A stretch of DNA of 64,000 bases, from the NCBI GenBank assembly GCA_034521755.1, contig JAXHMB010000003.1:503878-567877 (forward strand), given 5' to 3'. Origin of the DNA: Balneolaceae bacterium. GTDB taxonomy: Bacteria > Bacteroidota > Rhodothermia > Balneolales > Balneolaceae. Below, piece after piece: positions 44,063-53,886 of this stretch (its first letter is position 1; the number at the start of each line of letters is the position of its first letter). Under the pieces are notes generated by a model, which made no database searches, was not told the origin of the DNA, and was given only the letters and a program-made list of their open reading frames with translations. The translations under genes were made by a program, and so were the position numbers.

Positions 44063-44839
44063 ATGACTAGGTCTTCATCTTTATTTAATAGCTATCGAAC
44101 GTATGTTCTTCTGCTCTGTGTTTTTATTGCGGCCCCGGCGTTGCTGTCGGCACAGCAGTATCGGTCAGAACCTGTAGGCATGGTTAATGATTTTGCCAAC
44201 ATTTTATCTTCTTCTGAAGTACAAAGCCTGGAAAATAAACTTCGCAATTATCGAGATACTACAACCACAGCTATTGTCATCGCCAGCATCTCCGATTTGG
44301 AAGGCGTTTCAATAGAGGAAGCTGCCACAACTATTTTCAATGACTGGAAAATATGGCATGAAGATCAGTACAACGGCGTACTTATTCTCATTGCTCCTAA
44401 CGAACGCAAAATGCGTATTGAGGTTGGATATGGGCTTGAAGGAGCTATTCCTGATGTGATGGCAGGAAGAATAATACGGGATGTATTGACTCCTCAATTT
44501 AAAAGAGGAAACTTTTATGCAGGATTGGACCGAGCCACTGACATCCTTATCGATTTGGCAGAAGGAGAATTTGAAGGCAATATTTCGAGCACTACATCTG
44601 CCAATGAAGACGATGTTGCTTCTGTCATAGTATTTATTCTGTTCATAATTTTTGTGATTTACTCCATACTTAGAAAAGGCGGCCGCAAGGGACGCCAAAG
44701 AACCTTAGGCTCCGGTGGATTTATCTGGCTGGGTGGCGGTGGCTTTGGGTCCGGTGGCGGCGGAGGTAGCAGCTTCGGTGGATTTAGCGGTGGCGGCGGC
44801 TTTGGGTCCGGTGGCGGCGGTGCCAGTGGCGGCTGGTAA
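44063..44839 (+). CDS. TPM-domain protein (YgcG-like) with a TM helix and glycine-rich tail
   Basis: 258 aa with a signal peptide, 'NGVLILIAPNERKMRIEVGYGLEG', a TM helix 'VIVFILFIIFVIYSIL', and a tail 'GGGGFGSGGGGGSSFGGFSGGGGFGSGGG'. Confidence 0.75.
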   Translation: MTRSSSLFNSYRTYVLLLCVFIAAPALLSAQQYRSEPVGMVNDFANILSSSEVQSLENKLRNYRDTTTTAIVIASISDLEGVSIEEAATTIFNDWKIWHEDQYNGVLILIAPNERKMRIEVGYGLEGAIPDVMAGRIIRDVLTPQFKRGNFYAGLDRATDILIDLAEGEFEGNISSTTSANEDDVASVIVFILFIIFVIYSILRKGGRKGRQRTLGSGGFIWLGGGGFGSGGGGGSSFGGFSGGGGFGSGGGGASGGW

Positions 44840-44841
44840 AT

Positions 44842-44882
44842 AAAAAGCTCTGCAAATTGAGAACCAACCTGCAGAGCTTTTG
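44842..44882. terminator. Possible bidirectional terminator between convergent genes
   Basis: 9-bp stem agctctgca / tgcagagct with a 15-nt loop, flanked by A5 and T4. Confidence 0.45.
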
Positions 44883-44906
44883 CGCCGTTAAAGCGTAGCA
44901 ATTCTG

Positions 44907-47408
44907 TTATTGCATCACTGTTTCTTTTGATTGTTCATCATCATGCTTTGGCGTGCTCGGTGTCTGGTTTTGGTATTCCTCAAGCGTAAACTCATCTACC
45001 TGAACCACATCAATACGCGCATCTTCAGCTTTTCTTATTAGCTTGGCTTCTTCTTCAGAGATAATGCCCTTTTCAAGAGCCTCATCAATTACAAAACGAG
45101 GCTGTGTTTTGGGAAGTTCTTTTTTCTTGGTTGCTACGTGAATCTTCTTATAAACGTGCTCAGCATCTTCCAAAGCATTAAGCCCGTATTCGTAGCGGCC
45201 CAAAGCATCTTCTTTGTCATCAGAAACAAATATGCCTTTTGTCAGTCGATCTCTTCTTTCACCGGTCTCCTGCATGGCTTGAGCTACTTTGCTGCCCAAT
45301 TTATCAGAAGGCATGCTGCTGATTCTGTTCATTCGAGACCACAAGGCAATCGGTCCGCGGAATAGCCAGCTTAAACCCGGGACTTTGATTTCTTTGTAGA
45401 TACCATCAAAAGCTTCCTGGATTTTTGCAAAACCGTACTCCATCGACCACTTGAGGAATATCTCGTCTTCTTTCGGGCGACCTTCTGCTTCAAATCGACG
45501 TAATGTTGCTGTAATGAGGTACATCCAGCTGAGGATATCTGCAAAGCGGCCGCTTATCTTTTCTTTAATTTTGAGTCCGCCGCCATAACTTCCAAGTGCA
45601 ATGTCTGCCATAAATGCAAAGGAAGCTGAAGTCCAGGACAATTTTCTATAATACTTGGCTGCAGTTCCGCTTACCGGTGATGAGGCAATAGCCCCGCGGG
45701 TTAATGACATAAGCAATGCACGTGCTTTATTACGCCCTACATGACCAATATGCTTCCAGAAAACATCATCAAATGCTTTAAGGTCTTTTCTGGTAAGGGC
45801 ATCGATTTCATCATATGCATAAGGATGACAGCGAATAGCTCCCTGACCAAAAATCATCAGCGACCTTGTAAGAATATTTGCTCCCTCTACTGTAATGGCA
45901 ATAGGAAGTGAAATATAACCGCTTGCAAAAATATTACGCGGACCGCGGGAAATACCTGCCCCACCCTGAATGTCCATGGCGTCATTGATAATTTCACGGG
46001 TAAGCTCGGTAAAATTGTACTTGGCTATAGCTGTCACTACAGCAGGCTTAACACCACTGTCCAGACCTCCACACGTGTATCTTCGCCCGGCTTCCATCAG
46101 GTAGGTAAGCCCACCCATTTTGGCCATCGGTTCTTCAATACCCTCAAATTTGCCAATATTAATTCCAAACTGTCGGCGAATGGCTGTATAAGCTCCAATA
46201 GCCCGAGAGGCTAATTTAACGCCCCCGGTACTTTGTGCGGGAAGGGAGATACCACGTCCAACGCCCAGCGATTCCATAAGCATGCGCCAGCCTTCTCCGG
46301 CCTGTTCGGCACCGCCAATAATTTGATCTACAGGAATAACCGCATCATCTCCGGTAATAGGGCAATTATAAAAAGGAACACCCAGCGGATCGTGACGTCG
46401 ACCCAGAATAATTCCATCGGTATCACTTGGAATAAGAGCACAGGTAATTCCAAGGTTTTCTCCTTTTCCTAAGTAGTTTTCAGGATCTTTAAGTTTAAAA
46501 GCTAATCCAATCACCGTCGAAATCGCTGCCAGTGTGATATACCGCTTCTCAAAATTCAGCCTGATTTTCAACTCTTCGTTATCATCCTTGAATATCACGC
46601 CCTCTGCGGTCATGGCCCCGGCATCAGAGCCGGCAGTGGGTTCGGTAAGCCCAAAGCAAGGCATCTCTTCACCGGTAGCCAGCTTTGGCAGATAATGATC
46701 TTTTTGCTCATCCGTTCCATAGTGCATCAATAACTCTGCCGGACCTAATGAGTTGGGTACCATCACAGTTGTCGCTAATGGACCGCAACGTGAAGCAAGC
46801 TTGGTAACAATCGCACTGTGTGCCGATGCCGAGAACTCAAGTCCGCCATATTTTTCAGGAATAATCAGCCCAAAGAATTTATTTTTTCGCATGTATTCCC
46901 AGGTTTCATCATCAAAACCTTTGCGCACATAAATGTCCCAATCTTTAACCATTGAGCAAAGTTCTTCAACCGGCCCATCAAGAAAGGCTTGTTCCTTTTC
47001 AGTGAGCTCGGGATAATTTTCATTAACCAATCTTTTCATGTCCGGTTTTCCTGAGAACAGTTCAGCATCCACCCACGTGGTGCCTGCCTCAATTGCTGTT
47101 CGCTCTGTCTCAGAAATGGTAGGAAGGAAATTCAGCGCGTCAAGCAATTTCATAATGCCGTTGGTTACCAGCATCCGTCTAATTGGCTTGATATTAAATA
47201 TTAAACAGAGCACACCATAAGTTATAAGAAGCCATGCTGGTGCATTTACACCCCAAAGTGTTGCAAAACCGGCAATAGCCCAAATCCATAATGGTGCTCC
47301 CCAGAATGCCAGAAGTGTTGCCGCAACAATGAATCCAACAATAATGGTCCATGTCGGATATTGCATCAAAAATCCTAAGCTGTTATTTAAAAATTCCATA
47401 TTGTTCAC
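44907..47408 (-). CDS. fadE: Large FadE-type acyl-CoA dehydrogenase with an N-terminal membrane segment
   Basis: 833 aa. Two N-terminal hydrophobic helices, then 'GLTEPTAGSDAGAM' and an ACAD-like core. Confidence 0.8.
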   Translation of the reverse strand: MNNMEFLNNSLGFLMQYPTWTIIVGFIVAATLLAFWGAPLWIWAIAGFATLWGVNAPAWLLITYGVLCLIFNIKPIRRMLVTNGIMKLLDALNFLPTISETERTAIEAGTTWVDAELFSGKPDMKRLVNENYPELTEKEQAFLDGPVEELCSMVKDWDIYVRKGFDDETWEYMRKNKFFGLIIPEKYGGLEFSASAHSAIVTKLASRCGPLATTVMVPNSLGPAELLMHYGTDEQKDHYLPKLATGEEMPCFGLTEPTAGSDAGAMTAEGVIFKDDNEELKIRLNFEKRYITLAAISTVIGLAFKLKDPENYLGKGENLGITCALIPSDTDGIILGRRHDPLGVPFYNCPITGDDAVIPVDQIIGGAEQAGEGWRMLMESLGVGRGISLPAQSTGGVKLASRAIGAYTAIRRQFGINIGKFEGIEEPMAKMGGLTYLMEAGRRYTCGGLDSGVKPAVVTAIAKYNFTELTREIINDAMDIQGGAGISRGPRNIFASGYISLPIAITVEGANILTRSLMIFGQGAIRCHPYAYDEIDALTRKDLKAFDDVFWKHIGHVGRNKARALLMSLTRGAIASSPVSGTAAKYYRKLSWTSASFAFMADIALGSYGGGLKIKEKISGRFADILSWMYLITATLRRFEAEGRPKEDEIFLKWSMEYGFAKIQEAFDGIYKEIKVPGLSWLFRGPIALWSRMNRISSMPSDKLGSKVAQAMQETGERRDRLTKGIFVSDDKEDALGRYEYGLNALEDAEHVYKKIHVATKKKELPKTQPRFVIDEALEKGIISEEEAKLIRKAEDARIDVVQVDEFTLEEYQNQTPSTPKHDDEQSKETVMQ

Positions 47409-47432
47409 CGTAGATTAGTTAGCTTCAAAAAA

Positions 47433-48044
47433 TTAGTTGGCATCCAGAGCTGTACGTACATGAAATCCCTGGATGATATGTTCAATGGCATCTTTTATAA
47501 ACTCCTGCTGATCGATTCTGTTATCCAGCCGCTTTGATAAAACTACTGACATTACACCATGCAGCTGAGCCCAAAAAGTGTACGCAGCAATACGCGGACG
47601 AGGTTCATCAAGTAAGTTTTTGCTCACCCCCTCCTGTAGCGTATCCGTTACAATTTCGTATCCTCTTCGAGCCTGACGAAATTTTTCTTTTGGATACCTG
47701 CTCATTTCATCTGAACTGACCATATACAGGATTTGATACTCACGCGGATTCTTCAGCGCAAAATTTACATACACATGCGCAAGTGCTTCCAGTTTTTTAA
47801 TAGGGTCAAACAAATCCAGAACAGCATCTTGCAATTGGTTATTCAACTCTTCAATGGATTCTTCCATCAACGTGTGGAGAAGATGATCCTTGCTGTCAAA
47901 ATGCAGATAAATACTGGTTGCGGTAACTCCAACTTCACGCGCAATCTTCCTCAATGAAAAATTGCGATAACCCTCTTCAAAAAGTTGACGCCGGGAAGAT
48001 TCAAGTATTTTTTCCTTTAAATTTTGTTCGTTTTCTTTGGACAT
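47433..48044 (-). CDS. TetR/AcrR-family transcriptional regulator
   Basis: Likely start at ATG 48044, 'MSKENEQNLKEKILE'. HTH 'FSLRKIAREVGVTATSIYLHF'. The longer ORF extension overlaps trmB. Confidence 0.8.
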   Translation of the reverse strand: MSKENEQNLKEKILESSRRQLFEEGYRNFSLRKIAREVGVTATSIYLHFDSKDHLLHTLMEESIEELNNQLQDAVLDLFDPIKKLEALAHVYVNFALKNPREYQILYMVSSDEMSRYPKEKFRQARRGYEIVTDTLQEGVSKNLLDEPRPRIAAYTFWAQLHGVMSVVLSKRLDNRIDQQEFIKDAIEHIIQGFHVRTALDAN

Positions 48045-48049
48045 AAGCT

Positions 48050-48074
48050 CATAGGTTAACACTGTTAACCTATG
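48050..48074. promoter_or_regulatory. Perfect 25-bp palindrome, candidate TetR operator
   Basis: cataggttaaca-c-tgttaacctatg starts 6 nt upstream of the TetR start codon. Confidence 0.55.
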
Positions 48075-48139
48075 AAATAATAATTTATTGCCAGAAAAGC
48101 AATACAGGCCGTTAAAGAAAGAATAACCAACTATTTTAT

Positions 48140-48841
48140 TTAACACTTAATACCTATCAGACCGTTCAAGGGAATAACCGGAAGTTTGAACTTAATGAAG
48201 TGAATAGTTTTGCCAGCCTCTAAATGCTTTTTCTCATAAAATGTCTGAATTGTCAGCATCGGATCATCCGGTCTTTCAGCATAGACATCCTCCACGATAT
48301 CTAATATTATACATTCTGTCTTAGAAACCACCTCTTTAGTGAAGGTAAATAATGAATCACTATCTGTCTTAAAGTTTATGATCCCGTCTTTAGCCAGAAC
48401 CTTTTGGTAGATAGACAAAAATTTAGGAGAGCTAAGGCGCTTACTGCTATTACTGTCCCTGGGATAGGGATCCGGAAAAGTTATCCAAAATTCGTCAATT
48501 TCTTCCGGAGCAAAATATTCGTGCAGGTGATCGATATAAATACGCAAAAAACGAACATTTTCCAGCTTCTGCTCCAGAGCCCTTTTAGCACCTTTCCAAA
48601 TGCGGGCTCCTTTAATATCAATGCCAATGAAGTTTTGATCGGGATTTCTCCGTGCAAGTTCGAGGGTGTACTCTCCCTTTCCACAGGCCAGTTCTACTGT
48701 TATCGGATGGGGATTTTTAAAGACTTTTTCTCTCCATTCCCCTTTCGGCTTTTTATTCTGTTCTGATTGGAAATCAGTGAGTTCTAATACATTCTCAAAT
48801 TCACCGATTTCTTCAAAGCGCTGGAGTTTGTTTTTAGACAT
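48140..48841 (-). CDS. trmB: tRNA (guanine46-N7)-methyltransferase
   Basis: 233 aa with the SAM-binding 'ELACGKGEYTLELA', 'GIDIKG' and 'FPDPYP'. Confidence 0.85.
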   Translation of the reverse strand: MSKNKLQRFEEIGEFENVLELTDFQSEQNKKPKGEWREKVFKNPHPITVELACGKGEYTLELARRNPDQNFIGIDIKGARIWKGAKRALEQKLENVRFLRIYIDHLHEYFAPEEIDEFWITFPDPYPRDSNSSKRLSSPKFLSIYQKVLAKDGIINFKTDSDSLFTFTKEVVSKTECIILDIVEDVYAERPDDPMLTIQTFYEKKHLEAGKTIHFIKFKLPVIPLNGLIGIKC

Positions 48842-48867
48842 GAAAAATTAAAGTCTTGGATTACCGG

Positions 48868-49521
48868 CTAAGGCGAAAGGCGCTTTATGTTCCACTGGTC
48901 ATCAGCCCTGAAGTATTTAAGACGATCGTGCAGGCGTCCCTGCCTTCCCTGCCAAAACTCTACCGATGAAGGCTTAAGAATATAACCACCCCAAAATTCA
49001 GGGGTAGGGATTTCTTGGTTATCGAATCGATTTTCCATCTTCGTAAAATTTTCTTCCAGCTCTTGCCTGGATTCAACAGTCTGGCTCTGATACGAAGCCC
49101 AGGCTCCCAGCTTGCTTTGACGTGGACGCTGTTCGAAATAGGCCTGAGACTCTTCCCTGCTGAGCTTAAAAACCTGTCCTTCAATTCGCACCTGCCGTTC
49201 TAAAACAGGCCAAAAGAAACACAAGGCTGCATGCGGGTTTTCTTCCAGCTCCTGCCCCTTTCGGCTCCCATAATTCGTAAAGAAACGGAATCCGTCTTTT
49301 TCAACACCTTTAAGCAGTACAATGCGTGATGAAGGCTTTCCATCTTTACCGGAAGTGGAAAGGGTCATAGCATTGACTTCCATAAATTCTGTTTCCAAAG
49401 CCTGGCTAAACCACTCCGAAAACTGATCCATTGGATCGGAAGCGACATTGTCTTCTAACAATTCTGCGCGGTCGTATTCCCTGCGGATGGATTCTATATC
49501 ATCTTTTCTGCTTGTGCCCAT
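48868..49521 (-). CDS. pdxH: Pyridoxamine 5'-phosphate oxidase
   Basis: 217 aa with 'RIVLLKG..DGFRFFTNYGSRKG', 'RIEG' and 'EFWQGRQGRLHDR'. Confidence 0.92.
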   Translation of the reverse strand: MGTSRKDDIESIRREYDRAELLEDNVASDPMDQFSEWFSQALETEFMEVNAMTLSTSGKDGKPSSRIVLLKGVEKDGFRFFTNYGSRKGQELEENPHAALCFFWPVLERQVRIEGQVFKLSREESQAYFEQRPRQSKLGAWASYQSQTVESRQELEENFTKMENRFDNQEIPTPEFWGGYILKPSSVEFWQGRQGRLHDRLKYFRADDQWNIKRLSP

Positions 49522-49529
49522 GGTTAGTA

Positions 49530-50108
49530 TCAGCCAAAATATGCTGGCTCATTCCCCTTTTTCCATTTTATGTTGCAGCCTACACTTGGCTTTTGCTCTT
49601 CTTTTTCTTTGCCATCAAACAGAAATTCAACAGCCTCTCTGATATCTTTTCCGTTCACCGGTTTATCATTCCCGGGTCTGCTGTCATCAAACTGTCCGCG
49701 ATAAACCAGCTTGTAATGCTCATTAAAAAGGTAAAAATCAGGAGTACAGGCTGCACGGTAATCTTTAGCAACTTCTTGTGTACCGTCATACAAATAAGGA
49801 AAAGAAAAACGTTTTTCGCGTGCTAAGTTAGCCATTTTAACCGGGCTGTCATCAGGATAATTCTCTACATCATTAGAGCTGATGGCAACAATACCAATCC
49901 CTTTTTTTTGCAGATCGCGGGCAGCAACCACAAAGCCTTCCAGAATATGTTTAACAAATGGGCAGTGGTTGCATATAAATACAACCAATAATCCTTTTGC
50001 ATTGTCAAAATCACTAAGAGAAACAAGCTGGTTGTTAACAGTATCAAAGAGTTTGAAGTCAGGAGCTTCAGTTCCCAAGTCTAACATTGTTGAGGGTGTT
50101 TCAGACAT
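49530..50108 (-). CDS. Thioredoxin-fold AhpC/TSA-family protein
   Basis: 192 aa with 'LLVVFICNHCPFVKH'. Confidence 0.7.
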   Translation of the reverse strand: MSETPSTMLDLGTEAPDFKLFDTVNNQLVSLSDFDNAKGLLVVFICNHCPFVKHILEGFVVAARDLQKKGIGIVAISSNDVENYPDDSPVKMANLAREKRFSFPYLYDGTQEVAKDYRAACTPDFYLFNEHYKLVYRGQFDDSRPGNDKPVNGKDIREAVEFLFDGKEKEEQKPSVGCNIKWKKGNEPAYFG

Positions 50109-50211
50109 ATCACTTTAGATTATTTAGTCAATATTTTGTTGTAAGTAATGCTAAATTTTGTTTCTTGAATATATTAAATGAGCAGCGAAGTATGAATTTT
50201 TTACTCATAAA

Positions 50212-51273
50212 TTAAAACAATGTTAATTGTCCTTTCTGAGGACGCTTAAAATCACCGGTATTTAAAGAAAAGTCTTTCTTGTTGAAACCCAACTTTTTGG
50301 TTTGCACCTCAAACAGGCTGCGTATCTGTTCAGCGAAATTACCTTTACCGTGAAAACGCTCTCCAAATTCAGCCTTATTTAATTTTCCATCTCGCATATC
50401 TCGTATTCTGTTCAGCACTTTATCTTTTCGATCAGGAAAATGCTGCTCCAACCATTTAGGGAAAAGCTCTTTTACGCCATAGGGCAGCCTCAAGATAGTA
50501 TATCCGGCCATGGTAGCACCGGCATCCCTTGCCGATTCCAAAATACGGGCGCACTCATGGTCTGTCAGTCCCGGTATGATGGGAGCTACATTGACACCCA
50601 CAGAAATACCTGCTTCGGCCAGCTCTTCAATGGCTTTCAGCCGGCGATACGGCTGTGAAGTTCTGGGCTCCATAACTCTTGCAACATCTCTGTTTAGCGT
50701 AGTAATTGAAAGTGTTACATGCGTGGCATTATGCTCAGCCAGTACCTTGAGGTAATCAATATCGCGTGTTACCAGATAGTTCTTGGTAATGATAGCCACC
50801 GGATTCAAACATTCGGCAAATACCTGCAGGCAACTTCTCGTGATTTCCAATTTTCTTTCAATGGGCTGATAGGGATCCGTTACTCCGCTCATAACAACAA
50901 CCCGGGGAACCCAGTTTCGGGAAGCAAATCGTTCTTCCAGTTTTTCTGCAGCATCATATTTCACCATAATTTTAGATTCAAAATCCAGACCTGCCGAAAA
51001 CCCCAGGTACTCGTGTGTAGGCCTGGCATAACAATAAATACATCCGTGTTCACAACCGCGATAGGGATTCAGGCTGGCATCAAAAGGAATATCCGGACTG
51101 TCATTTTGGGAAAGGATTTCTTTGGTATCATCGCGGTACAGTTGTGTTTCAGGTGCAGGCTTTTCTCCCGTTTCTTCATCCAGATCGTAATCGGTGTAAT
51201 GGCCTTCAAACCTGTTGCCGGGATTGTCTGAAGAACCGCGTCCACGTATGGGATTGTGCTCTGATTCCGTCAT
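50212..51273 (-). CDS. Radical SAM protein (PA0069/SplB-like, COG1533)
   Basis: 353 aa with CxxxCxxC in 'YRGCEHGCIYCYARP'. Confidence 0.75.
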   Translation of the reverse strand: MTESEHNPIRGRGSSDNPGNRFEGHYTDYDLDEETGEKPAPETQLYRDDTKEILSQNDSPDIPFDASLNPYRGCEHGCIYCYARPTHEYLGFSAGLDFESKIMVKYDAAEKLEERFASRNWVPRVVVMSGVTDPYQPIERKLEITRSCLQVFAECLNPVAIITKNYLVTRDIDYLKVLAEHNATHVTLSITTLNRDVARVMEPRTSQPYRRLKAIEELAEAGISVGVNVAPIIPGLTDHECARILESARDAGATMAGYTILRLPYGVKELFPKWLEQHFPDRKDKVLNRIRDMRDGKLNKAEFGERFHGKGNFAEQIRSLFEVQTKKLGFNKKDFSLNTGDFKRPQKGQLTLF

Positions 51274-51351
51274 TGAAATGAACTGTTTTTAACTATCACC
51301 TCAAATTAACATCAAAAGTGACAACATAGTGTCATCTCAATTTTTGCCCAT

Positions 51352-51379
51352 AAAAAAAGCCCGGTTACAAAACCGGGCT
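51352..51379 (-). terminator. Intrinsic terminator after the lipoprotein gene
   Basis: Hairpin agcccggtt-acaa-aaccgggct, with T7 on the minus strand. Confidence 0.7.
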
Positions 51380-51405
51380 TAAAAATGAATAGAACACAAT
51401 TTGAC

Positions 51406-52215
51406 TTATTCATCCAGACCTACAGATGAGCAGTCTACATTAGTCGAACTTGTTGCATTTCCTGACCAGCATACTCTTTGGCCCTGAGCAGGATCATAAT
51501 AACCTATTTCTTGGTCTGTATCCCAATAAACAGTAACCGCTTTAGAAGAGTTATACATCTCGTGGATATCGCCATTCTCAGAATAATATATGATATCCGT
51601 AACCTGTCCCTGACCATCATAAATCTTTATATCAATCGTTCTTTCTGAGTTGCTTATGACCTCCCAATCAGATTTGAGAATTGGGGTTTCAGCACCCGTA
51701 TCATCAAAAATAGTATTAAAGGTCCAGTCACCTTCGTTTCCATTTGAATGAACAAAGCCTGAAATCATATTATAATCATCAAAACTATACTGTGGACTGC
51801 TAAAGGTATAATACATATCCCAGTAGATGCCATTAGCTACTTCTTCTGCTGTTAAGCGAATGCTAGCACTGGTACCCTGATAGCTATAAGAATATTCCCA
51901 TTCCCATACACCGTTATTAAAGTTAGCATTTGATCCCTGGGCATTTTGAAAAAACGGGGCATAAATCTGTCCCAGGTATGAGAAGCTGCTAAAGCCTAAA
52001 ACAGTGTTCTTAGCATCATCAAAATTAGTTGATGATGACTTTTCCGCAGTTACCTTAGATGTCCCTTCAAAATATGATATATCAGGTTTTGAATTTTCGG
52101 CAACAGACGATGGAATTGCGGGAGCATCTCCTTTTGATCCGGTACCATTGTCTCCACAACTGATGAGACCAAAGGCCAAAACGGCAAATGACAGTATGTA
52201 GCTTAATCTTTTCAT
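51406..52215 (-). CDS. Lipoprotein of unknown function
   Basis: 269 aa. Signal and lipobox 'MKRLSYILSFAVLAFGLISCGDN', shared with the ORF at 53887..54990. Confidence 0.55.
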   Translation of the reverse strand: MKRLSYILSFAVLAFGLISCGDNGTGSKGDAPAIPSSVAENSKPDISYFEGTSKVTAEKSSSTNFDDAKNTVLGFSSFSYLGQIYAPFFQNAQGSNANFNNGVWEWEYSYSYQGTSASIRLTAEEVANGIYWDMYYTFSSPQYSFDDYNMISGFVHSNGNEGDWTFNTIFDDTGAETPILKSDWEVISNSERTIDIKIYDGQGQVTDIIYYSENGDIHEMYNSSKAVTVYWDTDQEIGYYDPAQGQRVCWSGNATSSTNVDCSSVGLDE

Positions 52216-52336
52216 AGTACTCTTTTTTTAAAAGTTAATTTTCTATTTCTCTAAAATACGATTTATTTGATTAAATAGGCTCAAATAACTTTTCTATTGG
52301 TTAGACCTCAAGCCTACCTATTCCTTACAAACCTTT

Positions 52337-53698
52337 TTAATTTACATAAACTGTTTTAATATTTACAAACTCTTTGATGCCCGCCTCTGACAGCTCTCGT
52401 CCGTATCCTGACTCTTTTATACCACCAAAAGGAAGGCGCGGATCAGATTTTACAAAGGCATTTACAAAGGTACAACCCGCCTCGATATCCTCTGAGGCAA
52501 TTTTTTCCGCTTTTTGAACATCTTCAGAAAAGATAGCCGCCCCCAACCCATATTTTGTATCGTTAGCAACTTTAATAGCTTCAGCTTCGTCATTTACTTT
52601 AATAATTGACAGAACCGGGCCGAAAAGCTCTTCATTATAAGCCGGCATCCCTTTTGAGACCTCTGTTAAAATTGTTGCAGGATAATAAGCTCCGTCACCA
52701 TCCGGCTTTTCTCCCCCTAAAATACAATGGGCACCATTCTCAATACTTTTTTGTACCTGTTCATGAAGCTCATCACGGAGATCAACTCTTGCCATAGGAC
52801 CAATATCTGTATCTTCCTCAAATGGGTCGCCCACCACTTTACTTTTCATTGATTCAACCACTTTGTTAAGAAAATCATCATAGACTTGTTCAACGACGAC
52901 TAACCTTTTAGCCGCAATACAGCTTTGCCCACTGTTAATAAGCCGGGAAGTAACGCAGGTTTCTGCTGCTTTATCCAAATCGGCGTCTTCAAGAATGATA
53001 TAAGGGTCACTGCCTCCCAATTCCAGTACGGTCTTCTTTAAAACGCTCCCGGCTTTCTCTGCAACGGCTTTTCCGGCCCGGGTGCTCCCTGTTAACGTAA
53101 CAGCTGCTATGTCCGGGTTTACAATCAATGCTTGTGTCTGATCAACATCGGCAATGACTGTACGAAAAATGCTCTTGGGTATTCCTGTATCGTGAATAAT
53201 TTCTTCAATTTTTAAAGCACAGCCTGTTACATTGGGAGCGTGCTTGAGAATAGCAGCATTGCCTGCCATCAAAGCCGGGGCAGCAAATCTAAATAGCTGC
53301 CAAAAGGGAAAATTCCAGGGCATAATGGCTAAAACAGTACCCAAAGCATTATAATGAATATAGCTTTTGGTCCCATCTGACTCTATCTGTTCATCAGCTA
53401 AAAAGTCTTCTGCATTATCGGCATAATATTCACAAACCCAAGCGCACTTTTCTGCTTCAGAGACTCCCTGTGCTAACGGTTTACCCACTTCATTAGCCAT
53501 CAATTTTGCCAATTCTTCTTTTTCTGCTCTTAAGGTAGCAGCTACTTTTTTTAGTAATTGAGAACGATAAGCAAAAGATTTCTGAGACCAATCTTTTTGA
53601 GCTTCAGAGGTTTCTTGCACAATAGATTTGAGCTCATCATTACTCATTTGTTCATATTCTTTAATCAGATCGCCGGATGCAGGATTAACAGACTTCAT
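52337..53698 (-). CDS. NAD(P)-dependent aldehyde dehydrogenase (succinate-semialdehyde-dehydrogenase-like)
   Basis: 453 aa with 'ELGGSDP', catalytic Cys in '[11 protein letters not shown]', and a '[13 protein letters not shown]' tail. Confidence 0.8.
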   Translation of the reverse strand: [453 protein letters not shown]

Positions 53699-53822
53699 AA
53701 TAGTTATAGTAAATTTGTTAGTAAGATGACGTTTAAAAAGCGAACCAGAACTTCCTAATTATAAAAAACAATTAGTTAAGCTATTCCATTTACCAAAAAG
53801 ACTTATAATCACCTTTACTTTT

Positions 53823-53862
53823 AAAAAAAAAGAGCCTGCCATTTAACCGGCAGGCTCTTTTT
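53823..53862 (-). terminator. Intrinsic terminator after the VWA lipoprotein gene
   Basis: 10-bp stem agagcctgcc / ggcaggctct, flanked by A8 and T5. Confidence 0.7.
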
Positions 53863-53886
53863 AAATCATATTTAATTAATTATTAA

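Noticed and set aside
44659-44901. 80-aa proline-rich ORF on the minus strand
   Set aside because: It is the antisense reading of the GGC-rich glycine tail of the TPM-domain gene (44063..44839), so it is a compositional artefact.
47433-48146. Long form of the TetR ORF overlapping the 3' end of trmB
   Set aside because: The N-terminal 34 residues have no TetR-family similarity. The start at 48044 gives a standard ~200-aa TetR and places the palindromic operator just upstream.
50719-51231. 170-aa plus-strand ORF
   Set aside because: It is antisense to the radical SAM gene, which has a clear CxxxCxxC motif. The ORF has no features of its own.
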